Assembly (NCBI GenBank): GCA_963720545.1
Contig: OY970399.1
Span: 1,984,001-2,048,000, forward strand
Length of the DNA: 64,000 bases
Direction of reading: 5' to 3'
Source: an uncultured Acidobacteriota bacterium
Lineage (GTDB): Bacteria; Acidobacteriota; Vicinamibacteria; Fen-336
Part shown: positions 19,636 to 27,328 of the stretch, in pieces
Numbering within the stretch: position 1 is the stretch's first letter
Layout: every line of letters starts with the position of its first letter
The notes under the pieces: model-generated
Told to the model about the DNA's origin: nothing
What the model saw: only the letters and a program-made list of their open reading frames with translations
Database searches by the model: none
Position numbers and translations under genes: made by a program

Positions 19636-20977
19636 GCTGCGTCTTGCCTGCGCCGCCGCGTTCACCACGGCCGCTTTCTCCTGCACCGCACTGGCGCTGC
19701 CCGTGTTCGCCCAGGTGGCGGGTCCTGTCCCGGTCGAAACACCCGCCCCCGTTCCTCCTGATGCGACTTTGCAGCAGGTGACTTTCGACGAGGCGGTGGC
19801 GCGCGCCGTGGCCAAGAACCCGAGCGTCGGAGAAGCGACGGCCGCCATCCTGCGGGCGCAGGGCCTCCTCGACCAGGCGAAGTCGGTCTTGTATCCGCGC
19901 GTCTACGGCAACATCTCGCAGTCGATCCTCGACGACGTGCGCGGCTTCGCCGGAGTCGACGGCGGTTCGTTCCAGGTGACGCAGCCGCGCAGCCAGAAGA
20001 CTTTCAACGCCACCGCGTCCTACGCGTTCTTCTCGCCGGTGCGCTGGGCGCAGAAGAACCAGGCCGCCGACCAGGTAGCGATCGCGCGTATCTCCGTGGA
20101 AGAGACGCGGCGCCAGGTGGCCCTGAATGCGGCTTCGGCCTACCTCGCCGTGATCGCGGCAGAGCGCCAGCGGGAAGTCGCGGTGCGCAACCGCCAGACC
20201 GCGGTTGCGCTCGAGGACTACGCCAAGGCGCGGCTCGAGGTGGGCCAGGGCAGCCGACTCAACCACGTGCGCTCCACCCAGGAGCTCTCCGCCGCCGAAG
20301 GACTGCTGGAAGCCGCCGAGCTTTCGGTGCGCCAGGCACAGGAGGCGCTCGGCATCTCGCTCTTCATCGACGCGCCGGTGGAAGTGAACGGCGATGCCCA
20401 GTTGCAGGAAGCGCCGCCGCCGCAAAACGACGACTGGCTGGTGCAGCGGCCCGACGTGCGCCTGTTCTCGGCGCAGGTGGCGGCGGCCGATCGCGCGGTG
20501 CGCGATTCGTGGAAGTCGTGGCTGCCCGAAGGCGTCGCCTCGTTCACGCCGCAGTACGTGCGGCCGGCAGGCCTGTTCGAGCCGGCCAAGACCTGGCGGG
20601 CGCTGTTCGAGCTGCAGATCCCGATCTTCGACGGCAACCTCGGCGGCGCCAAGCGTGTGCGCATCGCCGACCGCGAGGCCGCGCAGTTCCGCCTCGACGG
20701 CCTCAAGGTGCAGGCGCGCTCCGAAGCGCGCTTCGCGCGGACATCGGTGGAGCGCATCGCGCGGGTGGTCGAGCTGAGCCGCAGTGCGTCGCAGGACGCC
20801 GACGAGGCGCTGCGCATCACCGAGATCGCCTACCGTGCCGGCGCCACCACCAACATCGAGGTGGTGCAGGCGCAACAGACCTCGCGCAACACGGCGATCA
20901 TCGCCGCGCAGGCCGAGGACCGCCTGCGCCAGGCGCGCCTCGACCTGCTGGTGGCCCTCGGCCACTTCCCGCAATAA
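19628..20977 (+). CDS. TolC-family outer membrane factor
   Basis: Signal peptide; AVAKNP, RPDVR, YRAG...EVVQAQ patterns; operon context. Confidence 0.9.
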   Translation: MLRLRLACAAAFTTAAFSCTALALPVFAQVAGPVPVETPAPVPPDATLQQVTFDEAVARAVAKNPSVGEATAAILRAQGLLDQAKSVLYPRVYGNISQSILDDVRGFAGVDGGSFQVTQPRSQKTFNATASYAFFSPVRWAQKNQAADQVAIARISVEETRRQVALNAASAYLAVIAAERQREVAVRNRQTAVALEDYAKARLEVGQGSRLNHVRSTQELSAAEGLLEAAELSVRQAQEALGISLFIDAPVEVNGDAQLQEAPPPQNDDWLVQRPDVRLFSAQVAAADRAVRDSWKSWLPEGVASFTPQYVRPAGLFEPAKTWRALFELQIPIFDGNLGGAKRVRIADREAAQFRLDGLKVQARSEARFARTSVERIARVVELSRSASQDADEALRITEIAYRAGATTNIEVVQAQQTSRNTAIIAAQAEDRLRQARLDLLVALGHFPQ

Positions 20978-21222
20978 TCATCGACGGATTGGCTCCCCGT
21001 CCCCGTCCAATCCGTCGATTTCCTTCGTTCCGTTTCCCAGGCGCTTGCGTCAGCGTCCGTCATCGACGGATTGGCTCTCCGTCCCCGTCCAATCCGTCGA
21101 TTTCCTTCGTTCCGTTTCCCAGGCGCTTGCGTCAGCGTCCGTCATCGACGGATTGGCTCTCCGTCCCCGTCCAATCCGTCGATTTCTTTCGTTCCGTTTC
21201 CAGGCGCTTGCGTCAGCGTCCG
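20978..21222. repeat. Three tandem 82/82/81-bp units, each carrying a 13-bp-stem hairpin (REP-like)
   Basis: Units start 20978, 21060, 21142; stem ATCGACGGATTGG...CCAATCCGTCGAT. Confidence 0.9.
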
Positions 21223-21265
21223 TTCCCGTCTCGCCCGAAGGACCCACCGTCCCCGATCTCCTGTT

Positions 21266-21358
21266 GCTGCGTCCGGACGCAGTTGCGATGCGACCGGCGA
21301 GTGGTCCTCGGCGTCAACTGTGGCGATCGGTAACGCAACTGCGTCCAGACGCAGTTGC
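21266..21358. repeat. REPIN-like palindrome doublet
   Basis: CTGCGTCCGGACGCAGTTGCG (21267-21287) inverted with CGCAACTGCGTCCAGACGCAG (21334-21354). Confidence 0.75.
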
Positions 21359-21367
21359 CGGTGCGGC

Positions 21368-22194
21368 CTAGCGGGGCTTGGTGCAACCCCCAGTTCGCCG
21401 GCGCGGACGCTCGCGACTTCGACGGCGCGCGACAGCACTGAGCGGATGCGGCCGTCCTCGAGCGTGAGGATGCCGGCGATGGTGCAGCCTGCCGGGGTCG
21501 TGACTTCGTCCTTCAGGGCTGCGGGGTGGCGGCCGGTTTCGAGCACCATCGAGGCGGCGCCGAACACCATCTGCGCCGCCATCTCGAGCGCCACCTTGCG
21601 CGGCAGGCCACGGGCGACGCCGCCGTCGGCGAGCGCTTCGATCATCACGTAGACGAACGCCGGGCCCGATGCGGAGAGCCCGGTGACCGTGTCCATGTGC
21701 TTCTCCTCGAGCTCCGCCACGCGGCCGAGCGGCGCCAGCAGGTCGCGGGCGACCGCGATGTCGGCGTCCTTCGCGGCGCTGCCACGGGCCAGCACGATCA
21801 TGCCTTTGCCAATGGAACAGGGTGTGTTGGGCATGGCGCGGATCACGGCGGTGCCGCCGCCCAGTTCGGCTTCGAGCGCGGCGATTGCGACGCCGGCGGC
21901 GATGGAGACGACGAGCGCGCCCTTCTGCACCGCGCCTTGCTCGTTGAGCAGCCGGCAGACCGGCACGATGTTCATCGGCTTCAGCGCCAGCACGATGACG
22001 TCTGCGCCGCGGGCCGCCGCCGGGTTGTCGGTACCGACGGCGATGCCGAGGCGCGCGCCGAGCGCCTGCGCCGACTCGGCGGTGCGGGTGGTGGAGCGCA
22101 GCGAGGCGCGCGGGTGGCCGGCGGCGACGAGGCCGTTGATGATGGCCTCGCCCATCGTGCCCGTGCCGAGCACGGCAATGGTCTTTGGTTGCAT
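21368..22194 (-). CDS. proC: Pyrroline-5-carboxylate reductase (3' end uncertain; as read, runs to 21142)
   Basis: GTGTMG, VIRAMPNTP, TGLSASGPAF, LKDEVTTPAGCTI. One extra G in the G-run near 21390 would give TAG at 21370-21368. Confidence 0.9.
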
Positions 22195-22256
22195 GGCGAG
22201 CGTGATTTTACTGCCGAGCACGCTCGGCCAGGCATTCAGCGGCGCGGTATCCCACT

Positions 22257-22356
22257 ACTGCGTCCGGACGCAGTCCACCATGCCGAGGGTCGAACCGCAT
22301 CAGCCTTGATGCGGCTACCCGAAATGATGGTGGAACTCGTTCCGGAACGAGTTCCA
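22257..22356. repeat. REPIN-like palindrome doublet / long hairpin
   Basis: ACTGCGTCCGGACGCAGT (22257-22274) and perfect 26-bp TGGAACTCGTTCCGGAACGAGTTCCA (22331-22356), with nested inverted segments between them. Confidence 0.75.
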
Positions 22357-22500
22357 ACGTGCGCCGGCGGGCCTTCGCAGCATGGCCAATGACCTGCGGC
22401 GCTCAGGGCTTCGGACCGTACTTCGCGGGCCTCCTCGCCTGCGCTCCGAACCCCTCGCCGTCCTTGTGCTCTGGCCCGCGTCGCGCCATGCTCAGCAGGG

Positions 22501-23559
22501 ATGGCGCCCACACTTGCGGCGACGCTTGGCGAGCACACCGCCGAGGCCGGCAGCGAACTCGTCCAGGAACTTCCGAATGGCCGGGTGCGCTGCGTCGCCT
22601 GCGGCCACCGCTGCCTCATCCCGCCAGGACAGCGCGGCATCTGCAAGGTGCGCCACAACGAAGGCGGGCGGCTGCGCATCCCGTGGGGTTACGTTGCCGG
22701 CGTGCAGGTGGACCCCGTGGAGAAGAAGCCGTTCTTCCACGCTCTGCCCGGCGCGCGCGCGTTGTCCTTCGGCATGCTCGGCTGCGACTTTCACTGCGGC
22801 TATTGCCAGAACTGGGTCACGTCGCAGGCGCTGCGCGACCCGGAAGCGGTGTCGTCCATCCGCATCACGGACCCGGCGGAAGTCGTCGCCCTCGCGCAGC
22901 GCCATGGCGCCCCGATCCTCACCTCCACCTACAACGAACCGCTCATCACCAGCGAGTGGGCGGTGGCGATCTTTCGCGAAGCGCTGGCGGCCGGCCTCGT
23001 CTGCTCCTACGTCTCGAACGGCAACGCCACGCCCGAGGTCCTCGACTTCATCGCGCCCTATGTCCGTCTCTACAAGGTGGACCTGAAGGGCTTCCGCGAC
23101 CATGCCTATCGCGAGCTGGGCGGCACACTGGAACGCGTGCTGTGGACGATTCGCGCGCTGTACGAGCGCCGCATCTGGGTGGAGGTGGTGACTCTTCTGG
23201 TGCCTGGCTTCAACGATTCGGACGAGGAATTGCGCGAGCTCACTGCGTTCGTCGCCTCGGTGTCGCCCGACATTCCGTGGCACGTCACCGCGTTCCACAG
23301 CGACTACAAGATGATGAGCCGTGACGACACCACCGTGGCGAGCCTGGTGCGTGCCGCGGAGATCGGCGCCGCAGCGGGCCTGCGCTACGTCTACGCCGGC
23401 AACGTTCCCGGAGCGGTGGGCCGGTGGGAGAACACGTGGTGTCCTTCATGCGCTGCGCTGCTCGTCGAACGCCAGGGTTTTCGCGTTCTCGGCAACCGGC
23501 TGAGCGGCGGCCGTTGTCCCGAGTGCGCCACGGAGATACCGGGCGTCTGGACAGTGTGA
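22501..23559 (+). CDS. amrS: AmmeMemoRadiSam system radical SAM enzyme
   Basis: CVACGHRC..GICKVR, DPVEKKPFFH, GCDFHCGYCQNW, TYNEP, YVYAGNV. Confidence 0.92.
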   Translation: MAPTLAATLGEHTAEAGSELVQELPNGRVRCVACGHRCLIPPGQRGICKVRHNEGGRLRIPWGYVAGVQVDPVEKKPFFHALPGARALSFGMLGCDFHCGYCQNWVTSQALRDPEAVSSIRITDPAEVVALAQRHGAPILTSTYNEPLITSEWAVAIFREALAAGLVCSYVSNGNATPEVLDFIAPYVRLYKVDLKGFRDHAYRELGGTLERVLWTIRALYERRIWVEVVTLLVPGFNDSDEELRELTAFVASVSPDIPWHVTAFHSDYKMMSRDDTTVASLVRAAEIGAAAGLRYVYAGNVPGAVGRWENTWCPSCAALLVERQGFRVLGNRLSGGRCPECATEIPGVWTV

Positions 23560-23561
23560 GC

Positions 23562-24308
23562 TCAGTCTGCCGGCAGCGAGCCGACGAGGGCGATGCAGTC
23601 GTAGGCCAGCGTGACGACGCCGTTCGTCGCGTAGCGCGCGAACAGCTCCGCGGCCAGCTGCTGCCGCTCCGGCCCGTCCCTGGGGATGTAGGAAACAGAG
23701 CCGAGATAGTCGGCGAACAGCGCCTCGTCGTACGACTTCTCGTGGCGAAACACCAGACGCCGTGCGCCGGGCAGGAACGCTGCTGCGCGGCGGATGCGCC
23801 CTTCGGCATCGTGGGGCACGGCGTCGCGTTCGGCCTTGAAATAGCGGTTCAGCAGCTCCTCGATCGCGGGCATGGCACCGCCCGTTTCACTGCGGTTGTT
23901 CCAAAGCAGGCACACGCGCCCTTCGCTGCGCAGGATGCGCCGCCACTCCGCGCGCGTTGCCAACGGTTCGAACCAGTGAAACGCCTGCGCCGAAGCGAGG
24001 AAGTCGACGCTTTGGTCAGGCAGGCCCGTGGCCTCGGCGCGTCCGACGAGCGCGCGCAGGCGAGGGTCGCCGGCATGCTTGGTCCGCAACACCGCGAGCA
24101 TGTCGCCGCTCGGGTCGACGGCAGAGACGCTGCCCACTTCACGTGCGAGGAGCAAGTCGGTGAAGCGGCCGGTGCCGGCGCCGATGTCGGCGCAATCCGT
24201 CTTGCCGCCAAGCCAGCCCGCAGCGGCGAGCGCATCGAGCAGCTCCGGTGGGTAAGACGGCCGCGCCCGTTCGTAGTCGTCCTGGCGCCCGTCGAACCGC
24301 TCGACCAT
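23562..24308 (-). CDS. Class I SAM-dependent methyltransferase
   Basis: YERARPSYP, ADIGAGTG, AQAFHWF. Confidence 0.9.
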   Translation of the reverse strand: MVERFDGRQDDYERARPSYPPELLDALAAAGWLGGKTDCADIGAGTGRFTDLLLAREVGSVSAVDPSGDMLAVLRTKHAGDPRLRALVGRAEATGLPDQSVDFLASAQAFHWFEPLATRAEWRRILRSEGRVCLLWNNRSETGGAMPAIEELLNRYFKAERDAVPHDAEGRIRRAAAFLPGARRLVFRHEKSYDEALFADYLGSVSYIPRDGPERQQLAAELFARYATNGVVTLAYDCIALVGSLPAD

Positions 24309-24353
24309 CTCTTCCTCGACCGTACACGATCCCCCGGAGTCGAACCACCAGTC

Positions 24354-24371
24354 ACTGTGTCCGGACACAGT
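24354..24371. repeat. 18-bp palindrome of the ACT-N3-TCCGGA-N3-AGT family
   Basis: ACTGTGTCCGGACACAGT is a perfect palindrome. Confidence 0.7.
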
Positions 24372-24522
24372 AGCTTGAGAGGTTGCTTGCGCCGCATCGG
24401 GCGCGCTATGTCTTCAGGAGTGAATACTCATGCGATGAAGTACGACGTACTCAGCGACTGAGTATTGGTCGCAAACCGATGTCGCCCCTGGGCCAGAGGC
24501 GCAGCGTGGTAAAACACGCCCC

Positions 24523-25845
24523 ATGCGCCACTCGATCGTCGCGTCCGCCGCCTCCTGCCTGCTCGCGTGCGCCGCCGCAGCCCACGCCCAGCGCGTCAGC
24601 TATCCGCCCGAGGAATTCGCCGCGCGCCGCACGGCGCTCTGCAAGGCGGTTGGCAAGGGCCAGTTGCTGATGTTCTCCGCCACCACTCACTCGCCGGGCA
24701 TCCGCTTCCGGCAGGACAACGACTTCTTCTATCTCACCGGCAACGAGGACGTGAACGCCGTGCTCGTCATGGACCTCGCCAAGTGCGAGTCGTTCTTCTT
24801 CCTGCCAGGGCAGAACGAGGCCGAGATCCGCATGGACGGACCCAACTGGCTCACCGCGAACGTCGCCAAGGAGCGCGGCTTCACCGGCATTCATCCCCTG
24901 GTCTACCTGGAGGAGTTCCTCGCGCGCCGGCGCGTACCCACGGCGACGCTCATGTACCTGCGACTGTCGGAGCGCGACGAAGTGGACGCCAGCCGCGGCG
25001 ATGCCGCTCTCCACATGGCGCGACGCCAGAACACCGGCATCGGCGGCGCGCCCTCCGAGGACGCGTGGCGCATCGCCCGCTTCCGCGAGCTCTATCCCTA
25101 TTACGAGCTCAAGGACATCGCGCCGTTCATCGACAACATGCGCATGATCAAGAGCGAGCGCGAGATCGAGGCGCTGCGCCGCGCCGGCCGGATCGGCGCC
25201 GAGGGCATCAAGCGCGCAATTGCCGCGACCGCCGCCGGCAAGTACGAGTACGAGCTGGAGGCCGAGGCGACCTACGCGTTCATCAAGGGCGGCGCGGAAT
25301 CGGCTGCCTACACCGCGATCGTCGGCTCCGGACCCAACGTCAACATCTGGCACTACGACCGCAACGACCGGAAGATGGCTAACGGCGACCTCATCGTCAT
25401 GGACTACAGCCCGACGGTCGGCTACGAGACCATGGATATCACCCGCACCTGGCCGGTGTCGGGCACCTTCAGCGAGGAGCAGCTGAAGGCGTACAAAGCG
25501 GTGCTCGAGGCGCAGAAGGCGATCATCGCCGCGATGAAGCCGGGCGCGACTCGCGCCGACACCGCGAAGATCGCGAAGGCCATCTTCGACAAGTGGGGCT
25601 TCTCCGACCCGAAAGCTGCCTCTGCCGGCCACTTCGTCGGCCTGGCCGTGCACGACGTCGGCGACTACACGGTGCCGTTCGCCGCCGGCATGGTGATCGC
25701 GGTGGAGCCGATCATCGATATCAAGGAGAAGCAGCTGCACATCCGCGTCGAGGACACGGTGCTGGTGACGAACGGCGAACCCGAAGTGTTGTCTTCCGGC
25801 GTCCCAAAGGAACTGGACGAGGTCCTCGCCCTCATCAGGAAATAG
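24523..25845 (+). CDS. Secreted M24 Xaa-Pro aminopeptidase P-like protein
   Basis: Signal peptide, FRQDNDFFYLTG, DITRTWP, GHFVGLAVHD, IRVEDT. Confidence 0.9.
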   Translation: MRHSIVASAASCLLACAAAAHAQRVSYPPEEFAARRTALCKAVGKGQLLMFSATTHSPGIRFRQDNDFFYLTGNEDVNAVLVMDLAKCESFFFLPGQNEAEIRMDGPNWLTANVAKERGFTGIHPLVYLEEFLARRRVPTATLMYLRLSERDEVDASRGDAALHMARRQNTGIGGAPSEDAWRIARFRELYPYYELKDIAPFIDNMRMIKSEREIEALRRAGRIGAEGIKRAIAATAAGKYEYELEAEATYAFIKGGAESAAYTAIVGSGPNVNIWHYDRNDRKMANGDLIVMDYSPTVGYETMDITRTWPVSGTFSEEQLKAYKAVLEAQKAIIAAMKPGATRADTAKIAKAIFDKWGFSDPKAASAGHFVGLAVHDVGDYTVPFAAGMVIAVEPIIDIKEKQLHIRVEDTVLVTNGEPEVLSSGVPKELDEVLALIRK

Positions 25846-25892
25846 TCATCGACGGATTGGATCGGGACGGACAGCCAATCCGTCGATGACTA
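25843..25892. repeat. Solitary REP-like hairpin, inverted copy of the 20978 unit; may act as a terminator
   Basis: 18-bp stem TAGTCATCGACGGATTGG / CCAATCCGTCGATGACTA with a 14-nt loop. Confidence 0.8.
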
Positions 25893-25914
25893 GTTGCTTT
25901 CGTCGCCGCATGAG

Positions 25915-25936
25915 GCGAATATAAAGCGAAAGTCAA
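25915..25936. promoter_or_regulatory. Putative LexA (SOS) direct-repeat box
   Basis: GCGAATATAAAGCGAAAGTCAA, matching the boxes at 38950 and 43254. Confidence 0.7.
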
Positions 25937-25949
25937 TGGACCGCGAAAC

Positions 25950-26921
25950 ATGATCGTTCCCGGAGTGGCGGCGCCGAATTTCGCCGGGCGCATCGGCACG
26001 ACGGTGGTGCGCAGCCGCGGCGATGTCACGTACCGCGTCCTGCGCTCCAGCTCGCTCGTCAACACCTGCACCTCGACCAACGTGCCGTTTCGCTTCACGG
26101 CCAACCCCTACCGCGGCTGCGCCATGGGCTGCCGCTACTGCTACGCCGCCTACACCCACGAGTTCATCGGCGAGGACGGTGTCAATTCGTTTCACTCCAC
26201 GATCTTCGTCAAGGACCCCGACATGCGGGAGACGGCGCGGCGCCTGCAGCGCGTGGTGCGGCGCGGCGAGCAGCTGGCGCTCGGCACCGCCACCGATCCG
26301 TACCAGCCGGGTGAGGGCGAGTTCCGCGTGACGCGGCGCTTCCTCGAGCTGGTGGCGCAGCACCGCGGCGTGCACATCGGCATCACCACCAAGGGCGCCT
26401 TGATCCTGCGCGACCTCGACCTGCTGCGCAAGATCAACGAACGTTCCCGCCTGTCGGTGCAGGTCTCGCTGATCTCGACGCGAGCCGAACTGTTGCGCCG
26501 CATCGAGCCGTGGGCGCCGCCGCCAGAGGTGCGCCTCGACGTGATGCGCCGGCTGCGCGCCGCCGGCATCACCGTCGGTGCGGCAGTCGCGCCGGTCCTC
26601 CCCGGCCTGACCGACGGCGAGCCCGACCTCGACGTCTTGTTCGCGCGCATCGCCGCGGCCGGTGTGCGCCACTGCTGGGTGGGCATCCTGTTCCTGCGCT
26701 CGCCCACCAAGGAGAAGTACCTACGCTGGCTCGCGGCCGACTTCCCCCGCTACCTCGAGGCCTACAAGCGCGCCTACGAAACCCGCGCCTATCTGGGCGG
26801 GACGTACAAGAAGCGGATCGTCGCGATGACCGAGAGGCTGCGGGCGCGCTACGGCTTCGAGTCGCGTCCTTTCGCGGCCGTCGGCTCGGAAGCGCCGCTG
26901 CAGCTGCGGCTCTGGGGCTGA
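25950..26921 (+). CDS. SplB-like (COG1533/Rv2578c-type) radical SAM DNA-repair protein
   Basis: NPYRGCAMGCRYCYA, GTATDPYQP, ITTKG, PVLPGLTD; C-terminal QLRLW clamp-binding-like motif. Confidence 0.88.
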   Translation: MIVPGVAAPNFAGRIGTTVVRSRGDVTYRVLRSSSLVNTCTSTNVPFRFTANPYRGCAMGCRYCYAAYTHEFIGEDGVNSFHSTIFVKDPDMRETARRLQRVVRRGEQLALGTATDPYQPGEGEFRVTRRFLELVAQHRGVHIGITTKGALILRDLDLLRKINERSRLSVQVSLISTRAELLRRIEPWAPPPEVRLDVMRRLRAAGITVGAAVAPVLPGLTDGEPDLDVLFARIAAAGVRHCWVGILFLRSPTKEKYLRWLAADFPRYLEAYKRAYETRAYLGGTYKKRIVAMTERLRARYGFESRPFAAVGSEAPLQLRLWG

Positions 26922-27328
26922 GCTGCCGCGGCATGGGCTTCGCTGGTCGCGCTATCGCCCACCACCAGCTTGCCGTGCAGCATGTCCATGCCGCAGGCGA
27001 AGGCGTAGGTGCCCGCAGCCGCGGCCGGCAAGTCGATCGTGGTCGTGGCGAATGCCGGCAGGTGCTGCTTCACGCCGAAGTCGGGGAACACGATCTCTTC
27101 GGAGCACGCCGACGTCTCTTCGCGCCGGAAGCGCAGCCGCAGCGGCACGCCGGGCAGCGCCCTGATGACGTCCGGCCGGTAGCCGCCCTTCACCAGCACC
27201 TCGACCTGCTGCACGCCCGCGCCGGCGATGGCCGCCGCGACGGTGGCGGCGTTGGCGATGAAGAAGTACCAGACGATCCACGCGATGAACCCGGCCACCG
27301 CCAGATTGACGAGCAGCGTGGTTGTCAT
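26849..27328 (-). CDS. Membrane-anchored cupredoxin (CupA-like) protein
   Basis: N-terminal TM, VKGGYRP, SACSEEIVFP, FACGMDMLHG; ATGA overlap with the ATPase; 3' end overlaps the opposite gene. Confidence 0.85.
   Translation of the reverse strand: MTTTLLVNLAVAGFIAWIVWYFFIANAATVAAAIAGAGVQQVEVLVKGGYRPDVIRALPGVPLRLRFRREETSACSEEIVFPDFGVKQHLPAFATTTIDLPAAAAGTYAFACGMDMLHGKLVVGDSATSEAHAAAAQPQSRSCSGASEPTAAKGRDSKP

Noticed and set aside
16216..19848. Very long antisense or alternate-frame ORFs (1210 aa here; also 31017-34043, 56501-59995, 30307-33093, 42263-44803)
   Set aside because: Arg/Ala/Gly-rich shadows of real genes, expected at high GC; no recognisable motifs except where they include the true downstream gene
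20978..21222. CRISPR array
   Set aside because: The sequences between hairpins are near-identical rather than unique spacers, and there are no cas genes in the window
21142..21367. C-terminal extension of ProC
   Set aside because: It translates palindromic repeat DNA; probably read-through from a one-base error in a G-run
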